Below are positions 46,833 through 56,113 of a stretch of 64,000 nucleotides of DNA, one piece after another. How positions within the stretch are numbered: position 1 is the stretch's first letter; every line of letters begins with the position of its first letter. This stretch comes from Rebecca billardiae RCC1528 (Eukaryota > Protista > Haptophyta), in assembly GCA_965240325.2 (NCBI GenBank), contig OZ251224.1, positions 4,030,001 to 4,094,000 of the forward strand. Direction: 5' to 3'. The notes under the pieces are model-generated. The model did not search any database, was not told where the DNA came from, and was given only the letters and a program-made list of their open reading frames with translations. Both the position numbers and the translations under genes were made by a program.

Positions 46833-48611
46833 TCATTTCCGCAACCTAGTCGTGGGTATACATACAAAATATCTTCCGAAGTGCGGCCGCAACTCCAGAG
46901 CTTCCGAGGCCACTTCACCGAAATCCAGGTTGGGGAGGATCTCCGCTGCACTGGTGGGGAGGATGTCATCCTCCCCGCTCGCCACGGCTGGGGAGGATGT
47001 CCGCCGCGCTGTCCGGTCTTTCGCCGCTGACAAAACTTTCGAAAACGAAAGTCGCGCTATGGCGGACCCGGTGTTCCCGCCCGGCGGCGAAAGGGGCGCG
47101 GGGCCGGTGGCTCGCGATCCGAAGGGCAGTAGCTCGCGACCTCGCTTGGGCGGTGGCAGCGGCGCTGTGGCACGGCGTGTACCATCCGCGCGGCTGTGCG
47201 CGATCGCGCGGTCCCGTTCGTCGCCACGCCGCGCGCGACCGTTCACGCCACAGTCTTTCCGCACTGGCATGCACCCGTTGCAAGCGCATGACGGCGGAGA
47301 GCTCAGAGAGCCCGTCACGCGCGTGACGACCGTGTGGGATGGGTTGTGCCGATATGAAGGCTGCCCTTCGTAGGCTTTCTGATGAGCCCATCCAACGTTC
47401 AGACCATTCCTAACTGCTGAAAGATGAGTCATCGCCTGCCACACGGCCATGGAGTTGTGGACAGTACAGCAGCCGTCCATGATCCGCATGCCCGCCTCAT
47501 GGGCCGGCGCGTGCCTCCCTGAACATGAAGACAAGCTGTACAACCCATCCCACACGGTCGTCACGCGCGTGACGGGCTCTCTGAGCTCTCCGCCGTCATG
47601 CGCTTGCAACGGGTGCATGCCAGTGCGGAAAGACTGTGGCGTGAACGGTCGCGCGCGGCGTGGCGACGAACGGGACCGCGCGATCGCGCACAGCCGCGCG
47701 GATGGTACACGCCGTGCCACAGCGCCGCTGCCACCGCCCAAGCGAGGTCGCGAGCCACTGCCCTTCGGATCGCGAGCCACCGGCCCCGCGCCCCTTTCGC
47801 CGCCGGGCGGGAACACCGGGTCCGCCATAGCGCGACTTTCGTTTTCGAAAGTTTTGTCAGCGGCGAAAGACCGGACAGCGCGGCGGACATCCTCCCCAGC
47901 CGTGGCGAGCGGGGAGGATGACATCCTCCCCACCAGTGCAGCGGAGATCCTCCCCAACCTGGATTTCGGTGAAGTGGCCTCAAACGCCTTCCGGTCTTTT
48001 CAGATTTGCGCTTTTCAAAACGACGAAATGTTCTGCGCTCTGCATTTTGTCTGCATGTTCAAATGTCCAACGGCAAAGCGCGGCGGATGGCGGCTTCGCC
48101 GCCGCATGGGCGGGCGATGGCGTTGCCCGCATAAAACGTGCGTCGGAGGCAAGGAAGCGGGCAGATGGCGCGTCGCACGCGTCGTGGAACTCGGTCGCGA
48201 CGCTCGCCAGCCTCAGCGCGCGCGGCGAAGCCACGTCCATGGGCGCCCAGCGTGCAGGCGGCACGGTCACGCCCGGCTCGGCCGCGGCGCCACCGGCCTC
48301 GCACGCGTCCTTGCCGCGCGAAAGGGCATCCCAGCTGCGGTCATTCGACTTGTGCGTCAGGAGCAGTGTGCCAGCTAGCCGACGCGCACGCGCCGCGAGC
48401 TGCACGGCGTGTGCAAACGTAGCCCGCCGAGCGTGCGCCGATGCGGCATAGCGGGAGAGGGCCCAGATCCGCGAGGCGACTCTTGTCAGTGGCCCTCACC
48501 GTAGCTTCGTGATCTACGAAACTACTTACTAGCGTCCTCGCGTTTGTCCAGCTGGCGCAACGCTCCGAGGCGGCAAACGAGTCCGCGACGTCCGCCCGGC
48601 ACAGACCCGCG
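46833..48611 (-). pseudogene. Degraded coding remnant interrupted by foldback element A
   Basis: Removing the foldback, the 6 extra nt and one CTTCC gives in-frame ...FVVLKSANLKRP-EALELRPHFGRYFVC...stop. Upstream pieces are frameshifted. Family not identified. Confidence 0.35.
46906..47981. mobile_element. Foldback element A: 442-bp inverted arms (46906-47347 / 47540-47981) and 192-bp spacer
   Basis: Arms differ at only one position noticed. GAGGCC...GGCCTC termini. CTTCC is duplicated at 46901-46905 and 47988-47992, after 6 extra nt. Confidence 0.85.
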
Positions 48612-49294
48612 ATGGACCAAGGACCCCAGTTTCTCCCGGGTAACAATTCCTCTAACTATTACTCACCCCCGTCGCGCCCGTGAAAAGTGTTACGGGCCGA
48701 GCGTAGCAGTAACATGTAACACTCTCACGCCGGACTCACCCGGACTGCGGGTGTCTGACCGAGCCACGCCGCCTGACTAAACCCTGGCTGAGCACACTGT
48801 CAGCCATCACTTTCACTTGAGACCGTCGGTCTCGGATTCTCGCGGCCCGTTGCCGGCCAGTCCGGGTCCGGGGCCGGGGCCGGGCGGGTTTCGCTGGGCC
48901 CCGGGAGGAGGCCCCCTGTAACAGCTGTAACACCGTAACACGTAACAAGTCCGGCGCGGCGAGTCCGGGAGCCGACCGGTCCAGGTCCGGGGCGGGCGGG
49001 CCGCCCGGGCCGGGCCCGGGAGGAGGCCCCCTGTAACAGCTGTAACACCGTAACACGTAACACAATGGCGCCGCTCGGCCGCGGCCCGTCGGCCCGGTGA
49101 AAAAATGGCGGCGGGGCGCGCGGCGCGCAGCGTCGCGCTCGGTGCGCTCGGCGGGGCTCGAGGAACGACTGCGGACGGGCGAGCGCGCACGGGCGCGAGC
49201 ACGAGTCGCGTCGCCCGCGCCCCTCCCCGAGCGACCTGCCGCCGCGTCTCGCGACGATGGCGCAGTGGCCGCTCGTCCGTGGCCGCGTGAAAAA

Positions 49295-50542
49295 ATGGCG
49301 GCGGGGCGCGCGTCGCGCAGCGTCGCGCGCCCAGGCGAGGCGTGCACGCACGAGGTTGTGTTCCTGGCAAGTGGCTCGCAGCGTACGTTCGGCGGCCGGC
49401 TGCACGTGCCGAGCAGCCGCCTGCGCGAGCTCGATGCACTCGTGGCCGCGCAGCACTTGGTGCACGGCGCGCGCGCGCCCATGGTGGTCGAGGCGCTCGG
49501 CGCGCGCGCGCGCTTCGTCGTCGATGTGGACTGCGCCTTCAGCACCGCGCCCTCCCCCTCGGACGTGGCCGCACTGCTCGTCGGCCTCTACCGCGTCGCG
49601 GAGGAGCATCTGCCCGTGCCCGTTCCCGTGGCTGGGCGCGTCGTGTACGTCTCGGCGCGCGCGCCCAGCCCCGCGACCGCCGCCGGCTCGGCGCCGGGCG
49701 TGCGCCGAGCCGGGATTCACGCGACATGGAACGACTCGGCCATCATCTCGGCCGCTGAGGCGGCGCGCATCGCGCGCGTCCTGCACGACTGGGCGCGCTC
49801 GCAGCCGCGGCCGCCGTGCTGGCACAAGCTCGAGATCGACTGCAGCATCTACGGGGCGGGCCTGCGCCTGCCGTTCACGGCCAAGTCGGACGGCGGCCCG
49901 CCCTACCTGCCGGCAGCCGTCGTCGCCGCCGACGAGCACGGCGCCGTGCGCTGCGCGTGGCTCGACGCGCTGCCTGCGCAGCACGCGCTGCGGCGGCTCG
50001 CGGCGGATGGCGCGCGCTGGCTCTCTCGCGCGCGGCTGCGCACCGAGCTGGTCGAGTGGAGCGCGCCGCCGCCCGCGCCCGGCCGACCGGCTGTGCCGGC
50101 GACGAGCGCCGCCGGTCGCGATGCGGCGGCCGGCGCGCGGCGCGCGGCGCTGGTCGGCTGGCTCAACGAGCAGCTGCACGCGCACGCACGAGTCTCTGGC
50201 TCGGCCGAGCGCTGGCCGCGCATCGTGCAGGTGTTTGCTGGGAGCACGGCGCACGGCCCGGTCGCGACGTGCTCGACCGCCAGCAGGTGGTGCGAGTGCA
50301 AGGGCGCCGAGCACGCCACCGTCTTCTACTTCGCCAAGTCCGACGGCCTCGACCTGTGCTGCGCCGACGAGGCGTGCGTGCCAGCGCGCGGCGCCGGGTA
50401 CGCGCGCGCCGTCTGCCTGCGCAGCATGCTCTTCTGCGCGGGCGGCGGCCGCACGGGCGCGCCGCCCCGCAGCGCCGAGTTTGCCTCGCGCTTCCACGCC
50501 GCGTTCGCCAGCGGCCGTGCCGCGATGGGCCCGGCGCGTTGA
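49295..50542 (+). CDS. Archaeo-eukaryotic primase/PrimPol, NCLDV (A468R-like) type, with C-terminal UL52/PrimPol zinc finger, 415 aa
   Basis: AEP motif I FVVDVD, motif II GIHATW, motif III EIDCSIY, then GLRLPFTAK...PYLP. Zn finger SRWCECKGAEH...CADEAC (C-x6-H...C-x4-C). N-terminal GGRLHVP...VVE. Intronless. Confidence 0.85.
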   Translation: MAAGRASRSVARPGEACTHEVVFLASGSQRTFGGRLHVPSSRLRELDALVAAQHLVHGARAPMVVEALGARARFVVDVDCAFSTAPSPSDVAALLVGLYRVAEEHLPVPVPVAGRVVYVSARAPSPATAAGSAPGVRRAGIHATWNDSAIISAAEAARIARVLHDWARSQPRPPCWHKLEIDCSIYGAGLRLPFTAKSDGGPPYLPAAVVAADEHGAVRCAWLDALPAQHALRRLAADGARWLSRARLRTELVEWSAPPPAPGRPAVPATSAAGRDAAAGARRAALVGWLNEQLHAHARVSGSAERWPRIVQVFAGSTAHGPVATCSTASRWCECKGAEHATVFYFAKSDGLDLCCADEACVPARGAGYARAVCLRSMLFCAGGGRTGAPPRSAEFASRFHAAFASGRAAMGPAR

Positions 50543-51072
50543 CGACGCGGCGGCCGTGCAGCGCGCATGCGCCCGCGCGCCGTCGCCGTCGCCGCCGCCG
50601 CCGCCCCGCCGCCGCCGCCGCCGCCGCCGCGCCCACCTCGCGCCGTCGGCCGACGGGCTCGGCAAACGAGGCGGCGTGCAAACAAGGACTCGGCGCTCGC
50701 GCCGGGGTCGGTGCAGCGCGACGCCACGCGAACCGCCGCGGTGCTCGCGCCCGTGCGCGCTCGCCCGTCCGCGGGCGCTCCTCGAGCCCCGCCGAGCGCA
50801 CCGAGCGCGACGCTGCGCGCCGCGCGCCCCGCCGCCATTTTTTCACGCGGCCACGGACGAGCGTCCACACCGCCATCGTCGCGAGACGCGGCGGCAGGTC
50901 GCTCGGGGAGGGGCGCGGGCGACGCGACTCGTGCTCGCGCCCGTGCGCGCTCGCCCGTCCGCAGTCGTTCCTCGAGCCCCGCCGAGCGCACCGAGCGCGA
51001 CGCTGCGCGCCGCGCGCCCCGCCGCCATTTTTTCACCGGGCCGACGACGGGCCATGGCCGAGCGGCGCCATT

Positions 51073-51870
51073 GTGTTACGTGTTACGGTGTTACAGCTGT
51101 TACAGGGGGCCTCCTCCCGGGCCCGGCGGCCCGCCCGCCCCGGACCTGGACCGGTCGGCTCCCGGACTCGCCGCGCCGGACTTGTTACGTGTTACGGTGT
51201 TACAGCTGTTACAGGGGGCCTCCTCCCGGGCCCGGCGGCCCGCCCGCCGCGGCCCCGGACCGGCCGGCTCCCGGACTCGCCGCGCCGGACTTGTTACGTG
51301 TTACGGTGTTACAGGCACAGCTGTTATACAGGGGGCCTCCTCCCGGGCCCGGCGCGGCCGGCCCGCCGGCAGCCCCGGACTCGGACGAGCCGGACTTGTT
51401 ACGTGTTACGGTGTTACAACTGTTACAGGGGGCCTCCTCCCGGGCCGCGAGGCCCGGGCCCGCCGGCAGCCCCGGACCCGGATGACGCGCCGGACTTGTT
51501 ACGTGTTACGGTGTTACAGCTGTTAACAGGGGGCCTCCCGTCCCGGGCCGCCGGCGCGGCCGGCCCGCCGGCAGCCCCGGACTCCGGGACGAGCCGGACT
51601 TGTAGTACGTGTTACGGTGTTACAGCTGTTACAGGGGGCCTCCTCCCGGGCCGCGAGGCCCGGGCCCGCCGGCAGCCCCGGACCCGGACGCGCCGGACTT
51701 GTTACGTGTTACGGTGTTACAGCTGTTACAGGGCGGGCCTCCTCCCGGGCCCGGCGCGGCCGGCCCGCCGGCAGCCCCGGACTCGGACGAGCCGGACTTG
51801 TTACGTGTTACGGTGTTACAGCTGTTACAGGGGGCCTCCTCCCGGGCCGCGAGGCCCGGGCCCGCCGGCC
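51073..51870 (+). repeat. Tandem array of eight about 100-110-bp units, each with four TGTTAC-type motifs; two inverted units at about 48900-49063
   Basis: Core TGTTACGTGTTACGGTGTTACAGCTGTTACAGGGGGCCTCCTCCCGGG at about 51075, 51184, 51293, 51398, 51498, 51605, 51701 and 51800. Confidence 0.95.
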
Positions 51871-52604
51871 CAGGAGTGCCGCCGCGGACCGACCGCGCCG
51901 CTGACTCAGGACGCCGACGGCGTCACGGCGGCGATGCGGCGCGCCGCCGCGCGGCCGCCGCCGCGCGCGCGCGCCTGACGCGCGCGCTGTCGAGCCGCAG
52001 TCCCTCGCGTGCCTGCGCGGGCGGGTGACCGGGGTGTTACCATCGCTACGGCCGACAGGGCCAAAAATCCCTATAGAAAACATTTCCCCTATGAAGGTAA
52101 TATGGGTAGCAGAAACTCGGGTCCATACCCCCGTGATGACGATGATGATCGACTCACGGCCACGCTAGCGGCGCCGGCAGCCGCACTCGGCGACTGACTC
52201 GGCGGCTCGCCGGGCCGCCCACTCGTAGGCGCACTGCGCGCAGGTTTACAGCCGATGAGCAGTGGTTCGCTCATTCGCTCGCCCGTGCTGCGGCGCAGCG
52301 CGACGAGCGAGTGCATCAGCATGCCGGTGGTGCTGGCCGGCGGCGCCGCGGCGCCGCCGCCGCGGCGGCTGAGGTAGGTCACTAGGTGCCGGCCCATCAC
52401 TATTCACTAGGTGGCGCCGTGGCGGCGTTCTCCGTCGCGCCGCAAAGCTGGCGGCATTCATGTCGCGCGCGTAGTCGCGGCGCGCGCCAGCTTGCCCGCG
52501 CCGCGCGCGGGAGCGTACTTGTCTAGGTATACAGCCGGCGCGCGCGCTACTAGCGCGCGCGGGCGGCCCACGTGGCACGCGCGCTGCGCACGCGCGCGTC
52601 GCGC

Positions 52605-54681
52605 TCACACGGACACGCCGATCTTGATGTCGACCGGGTCGACGATGGGCGGCGCCATTGGCCGGATCGGGATGCCCGCGCGGGTGCGGAACGCGTTGAT
52701 CTCGAGGTGCAGCGCGAAGAGGTTGTCCATGAAGCGCTTGACCACGTGCTGGTCGCGCTGCGGCAGGAAGAAGCGCGAGACCTCGCTCTCGTCCGCGCGG
52801 TAGAGCGTGGGCGCCTGCTTGGTGGTGAGTGACTGGATGTAGAGGACGGAGAGGCGGTTCATCTTGGTCGGCTGCAGCGACGCCACGTCGTCCAGCACGC
52901 TCTCGGCCGGCGCGGAGACTGAGCCCGCCTCGAAGGCATAGAGCGAGTCGGCCGTGTTGCCCGTGTGCTCGTGCTGCGCGGTCACCGCCCACATGAAGTG
53001 CGCCATGAAGGTGACGAGCTCGGCGCGGCGGGCGACGGAGGGCGGCGGCGGGTGCTCGCAGATGCGCGGGAACATGGCGCTGTACTTGCCGAAGAAGAGC
53101 TGCAGCTCCGCGTCGGCCGCCACCTCCGCGTCGGACACCCAGTGCTGCGCAACGTAGTCGGCGGCAAACGCCTCGAAGCACGCGCTCAGCCTCTGCCCCC
53201 AGTGCGCGAACGGGTACTGCTCGGCAGAGAAGTGCGCGACGCCCTTGCGCTTGCACGCGTCGCGGAACGTCTCCATCCGCCACTCGCGCACCGCCTCGGT
53301 GTACATCATTGCCATGCCCTCGGCGGTGAAGCCGCTGACGCGCGCGAGCATCGCGCGGTCGTCGATCACCGTCAGCTTGGCGCCGTACGTGACCGAGAGC
53401 GTGCCCACGGTGAAGGGCGCGACGAAGCGGCGGAGCGGGTGGTCGTAGTCGATCTCGCGAATCGCCGTCGTCACGCACGCCGCGTCGAGGTAGTGCGACC
53501 ACATGGTGTGCGGCCCGGCCACCTGGTCGATGATCATGGCCGTGCGCAGCAGGTAGAGCGCGCCCTTGAACTCGGCGTCGGCCGGCACGTACGAGCGGCC
53601 AAACGAGCGCAGCTCGACGACGCGCGAGAGGTCGGGCGAGAGCCACAGCTGCCCGCCGACGCGGCGGAAGCCAGGCCGCACAGGCCGCTCCTCGCTCGAC
53701 GCGTAGTCAGCGACGAAGCGGCCGCTCGCCTCGTCGCGACGCAGCGCGCCGGCGCCGTAGCCGAGCGTCACCCACTGGATCGCGGCCGCCTCGCCGTGCA
53801 GGTCGAAGCCGGGCGGCGGCGCGTGGCCATTGTACACGCCGAAGCGCTGGAAGGTGTCGCGCACGACGCCATAGTACTCGTCGCGCGTGAATCTGGGCCC
53901 GACCGCCGTGAGCAGCGGGTAGCTGCGCGCGGGCCGAGGGGGCGCGCACGGAGCACGGCGCCGGCGCGCGGACGCGCGGCGGAGCGGGGAGGAGGAGGGC
54001 GGGTGAGGCGGCGGCGTGAGCGCCCGGCGCGCGGCGCGGGCGCGCGCACCGGTTCATGAGCCAGTCGAAGTAGCCGTCGACGATCTTGTGCGCCGTCGGA
54101 CCCACGAAGCCGTCGTAGTCGCCCTCGCCCACCTCAAAGTGCTCGCCAAAGATCTTGGAGAGGTACTCGATCTTGACGCGCTCGTGCGTGTGCGGCGGCG
54201 GGTTGGCGCGCGAGGGGACGAGGGCCCGCTTGAGGTAGACGCGCTCGGTGAGCGAGCTCACCGGCAGCGCGTGCACCACCATCGCGTGCCACGGGTCGAG
54301 CCCCTCAAGGCACAGCCGCAGGTGCACGCGCGACGACACGAACGTCTTGCGCCACTCCTGGGAGAAGAGGCCGAGCGCGAACTCGACGGGCAGACGGAGG
54401 AGCGTGATGAAGATGGCGAGCCACGCCAGCTCCATCCACGCGTGGTACCCCTCGACCAGCTGCGACGCGCGCTCGCCCGCCTCGACGTCCTGGGCGCGTT
54501 TGCTCGCGCTCGCGCGCCGCGCCGCGTTGCCGGCCGCGCGGATGCCGCGGCGGCTGTCCACCTTGTGCGCGGCGTCGCTGGTCTCGACGGTGGACGGGAG
54601 CAGGCTGCGCACGCTCAGCGAGTGCGGGTCGTCCTTCGGGCGCGGGGGCGGATCGGCCACACGACTATTGCAGGCGCCCAT
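52605..54681 (-). CDS. Lipoxygenase-like protein without PLAT domain; intron 53923-54049
   Basis: QVAGPHTMWSHYL (H-x4-H), DHPLRRFVAPF, DAELQLFF, TAQHEHTGN and C-terminal IGVSV-stop. N-terminus MGAC. Confidence 0.8.
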
Positions 54682-54689
54682 GGCTGTAC

Positions 54690-55743
54690 GAGGCCGCTCG
54701 AGCGACTTCGTGTCTGGCGAGGCAGATCGCGCCAGTGCGTGGCGAGGCAGACGCTCGCCTGCCTCGCCGCTTGGCGAGGCAGCTAAGCTAGTAACGCCGC
54801 GGCCGAACTTTACGAAAGCCAAATGTCTGCCGGTGCGCCGCCCGTCTTTTGCGCACGGTGACAAGGGCGCGCGAGGGCGCTTCCTCACGATCCCGAAGAG
54901 CGCTGCGCGCGGCGTCGCGTTGGCGGCGGCAGCGGCGCTGGGGTGTATCTTGCCCATTCTGCGTGGCGGCGCGCTCTCATGACGCCTCGGCCGCCGCCAC
55001 GCCATGCGCGACCGGGCGTGTCGCCTTCTTGACGGGCAGTGCACACGCCCTTGCAAGCGCACAGCCGTGAAGAGCCGAGAGCGTCCGTCGCGAGCACGCC
55101 GCCCACGCGGGATGCGTTGCCAGGGCTATTCGTATGACACTGGGTGCTCGCGCTCTGGCATGTGCGAGCCAGGATGACCATGGGTAGCAGCTACGATGAG
55201 CACTGCTAACCTGCATTTCAGCCGATGACATCCTCTCGTTCAGCGATCTTGACTGCTCTGAACGCATGGCGAACTCGGCGAAGCGCATGCGCAAGGTGGC
55301 TTCGGTGACAGCATAACGCATCCCGCGTGGGCGGCGTGCTCGCGACGGACGCTCTCGGCTCTTCACGGCTGTGCGCTTGCAAGGGCGTGTGCACTGCCCG
55401 TCAAGAAGGCGACACGCCCGGTCGCGCATGGCGTGGCGGCGGCCGAGGCGTCATGAGAGCGCGCCGCCACGCAGAATGGGCAAGATACACCCCAGCGCCG
55501 CTGCCGCCGCCAACGCGACGCCGCGCGCAGCGCTCTTCGGGATCGTGAGGAAGCGCCCTCGCGCGCCCTTGTCACCGTGCGCAAAAGACGGGCGGCGCAC
55601 CGGCAGACATTTGGCTTTCGTAAAGTTCGGCCGCGGCTTTACTAGCTTAGCTGCCTCGCCAAGCGGCGAGGCAGGCGAGCGTCTGCCTCGCCACGCACTG
55701 GCGCGATCTGCCTCGCCAGACACGAAGTCGCTCGAGCGGCCTC
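54690..55743. mobile_element. Foldback element B: 429-bp inverted arms (54690-55118 / 55315-55743) and 196-bp spacer
   Basis: Arms differ at only one position noticed. GAGGCC...GGCCTC termini. Exact 5-bp TSD TGTAC at 54685-54689 and 55744-55748. Confidence 0.9.
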
Positions 55744-55827
55744 TGTACTGTACAGTTCACTACTGTAAGAATAAGAGACACAGTAGTAGTACGATCGCGA
55801 GCGGTGCAGGACTTGCTAAACGGTATA

Positions 55828-55907
55828 CTTCGTGTCGACGATCGGGGACTGCCGCCGACGAATCAGGAGACCCGCGTCGTCCTACCTGTGTCGTTAAATA
55901 ATAGAAT
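55828..55907 (+). repeat. About 80-bp repeat, inverted copy of 42418-42498
   Basis: Matches 42418-42498 in reverse complement and ends in AAATAATAGAATAAT. Confidence 0.85.
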
Positions 55908-56113
55908 AATTACAATGAGTAAGCCGCCGCCGTATGTGTGCCTGGGCTCTACTCATTCTGATTCGTCGGCGGGCGCTCTGTGGATTCTCTGGCCTGGCGA
56001 GCGGCCGAGCGCGTAGATTCCTTCGGGCCACCGGTGCGCTGGCGGCTGGCGGCTGCCTCTCCCTGGGAAGGTTGGCTGCGACGTCTTCGTCTCCCGAGCT
56101 CCCGCCTCCTTCG

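Larger units (their letters stand above)
48612..52126. mobile_element. Quasi-palindromic element encoding only an AEP primase-polymerase
   Basis: Terminal inverted repeat GGACCCSAGTTTCT (48621-48634 / 52111-52124). Long inverted arms (about 48861-49328 vs about 50741-51870) with TGTTAC arrays. Candidate 7-bp TSD ACCCGCG/ACCCCCG. Confidence 0.7.

Noticed and set aside
46833-48378. ORFs of 300-370 aa running through foldback A (and 53707-55062 / 55371-55901 through B) as transposases
   Set aside because: They are mirror-image translations of the arms with no DDE, HUH or tyrosine recombinase motifs.
51073-51870. TGTTAC array as a CRISPR array
   Set aside because: The linkers are similar to each other rather than unique spacers, no cas genes are present, and the context is eukaryotic.
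48612-52126. PrimPol element as a Polinton/virophage or a large endogenous giant-virus insert
   Set aside because: There is no PolB, integrase, capsid or packaging ATPase, and the neighbours are intron-containing host genes.
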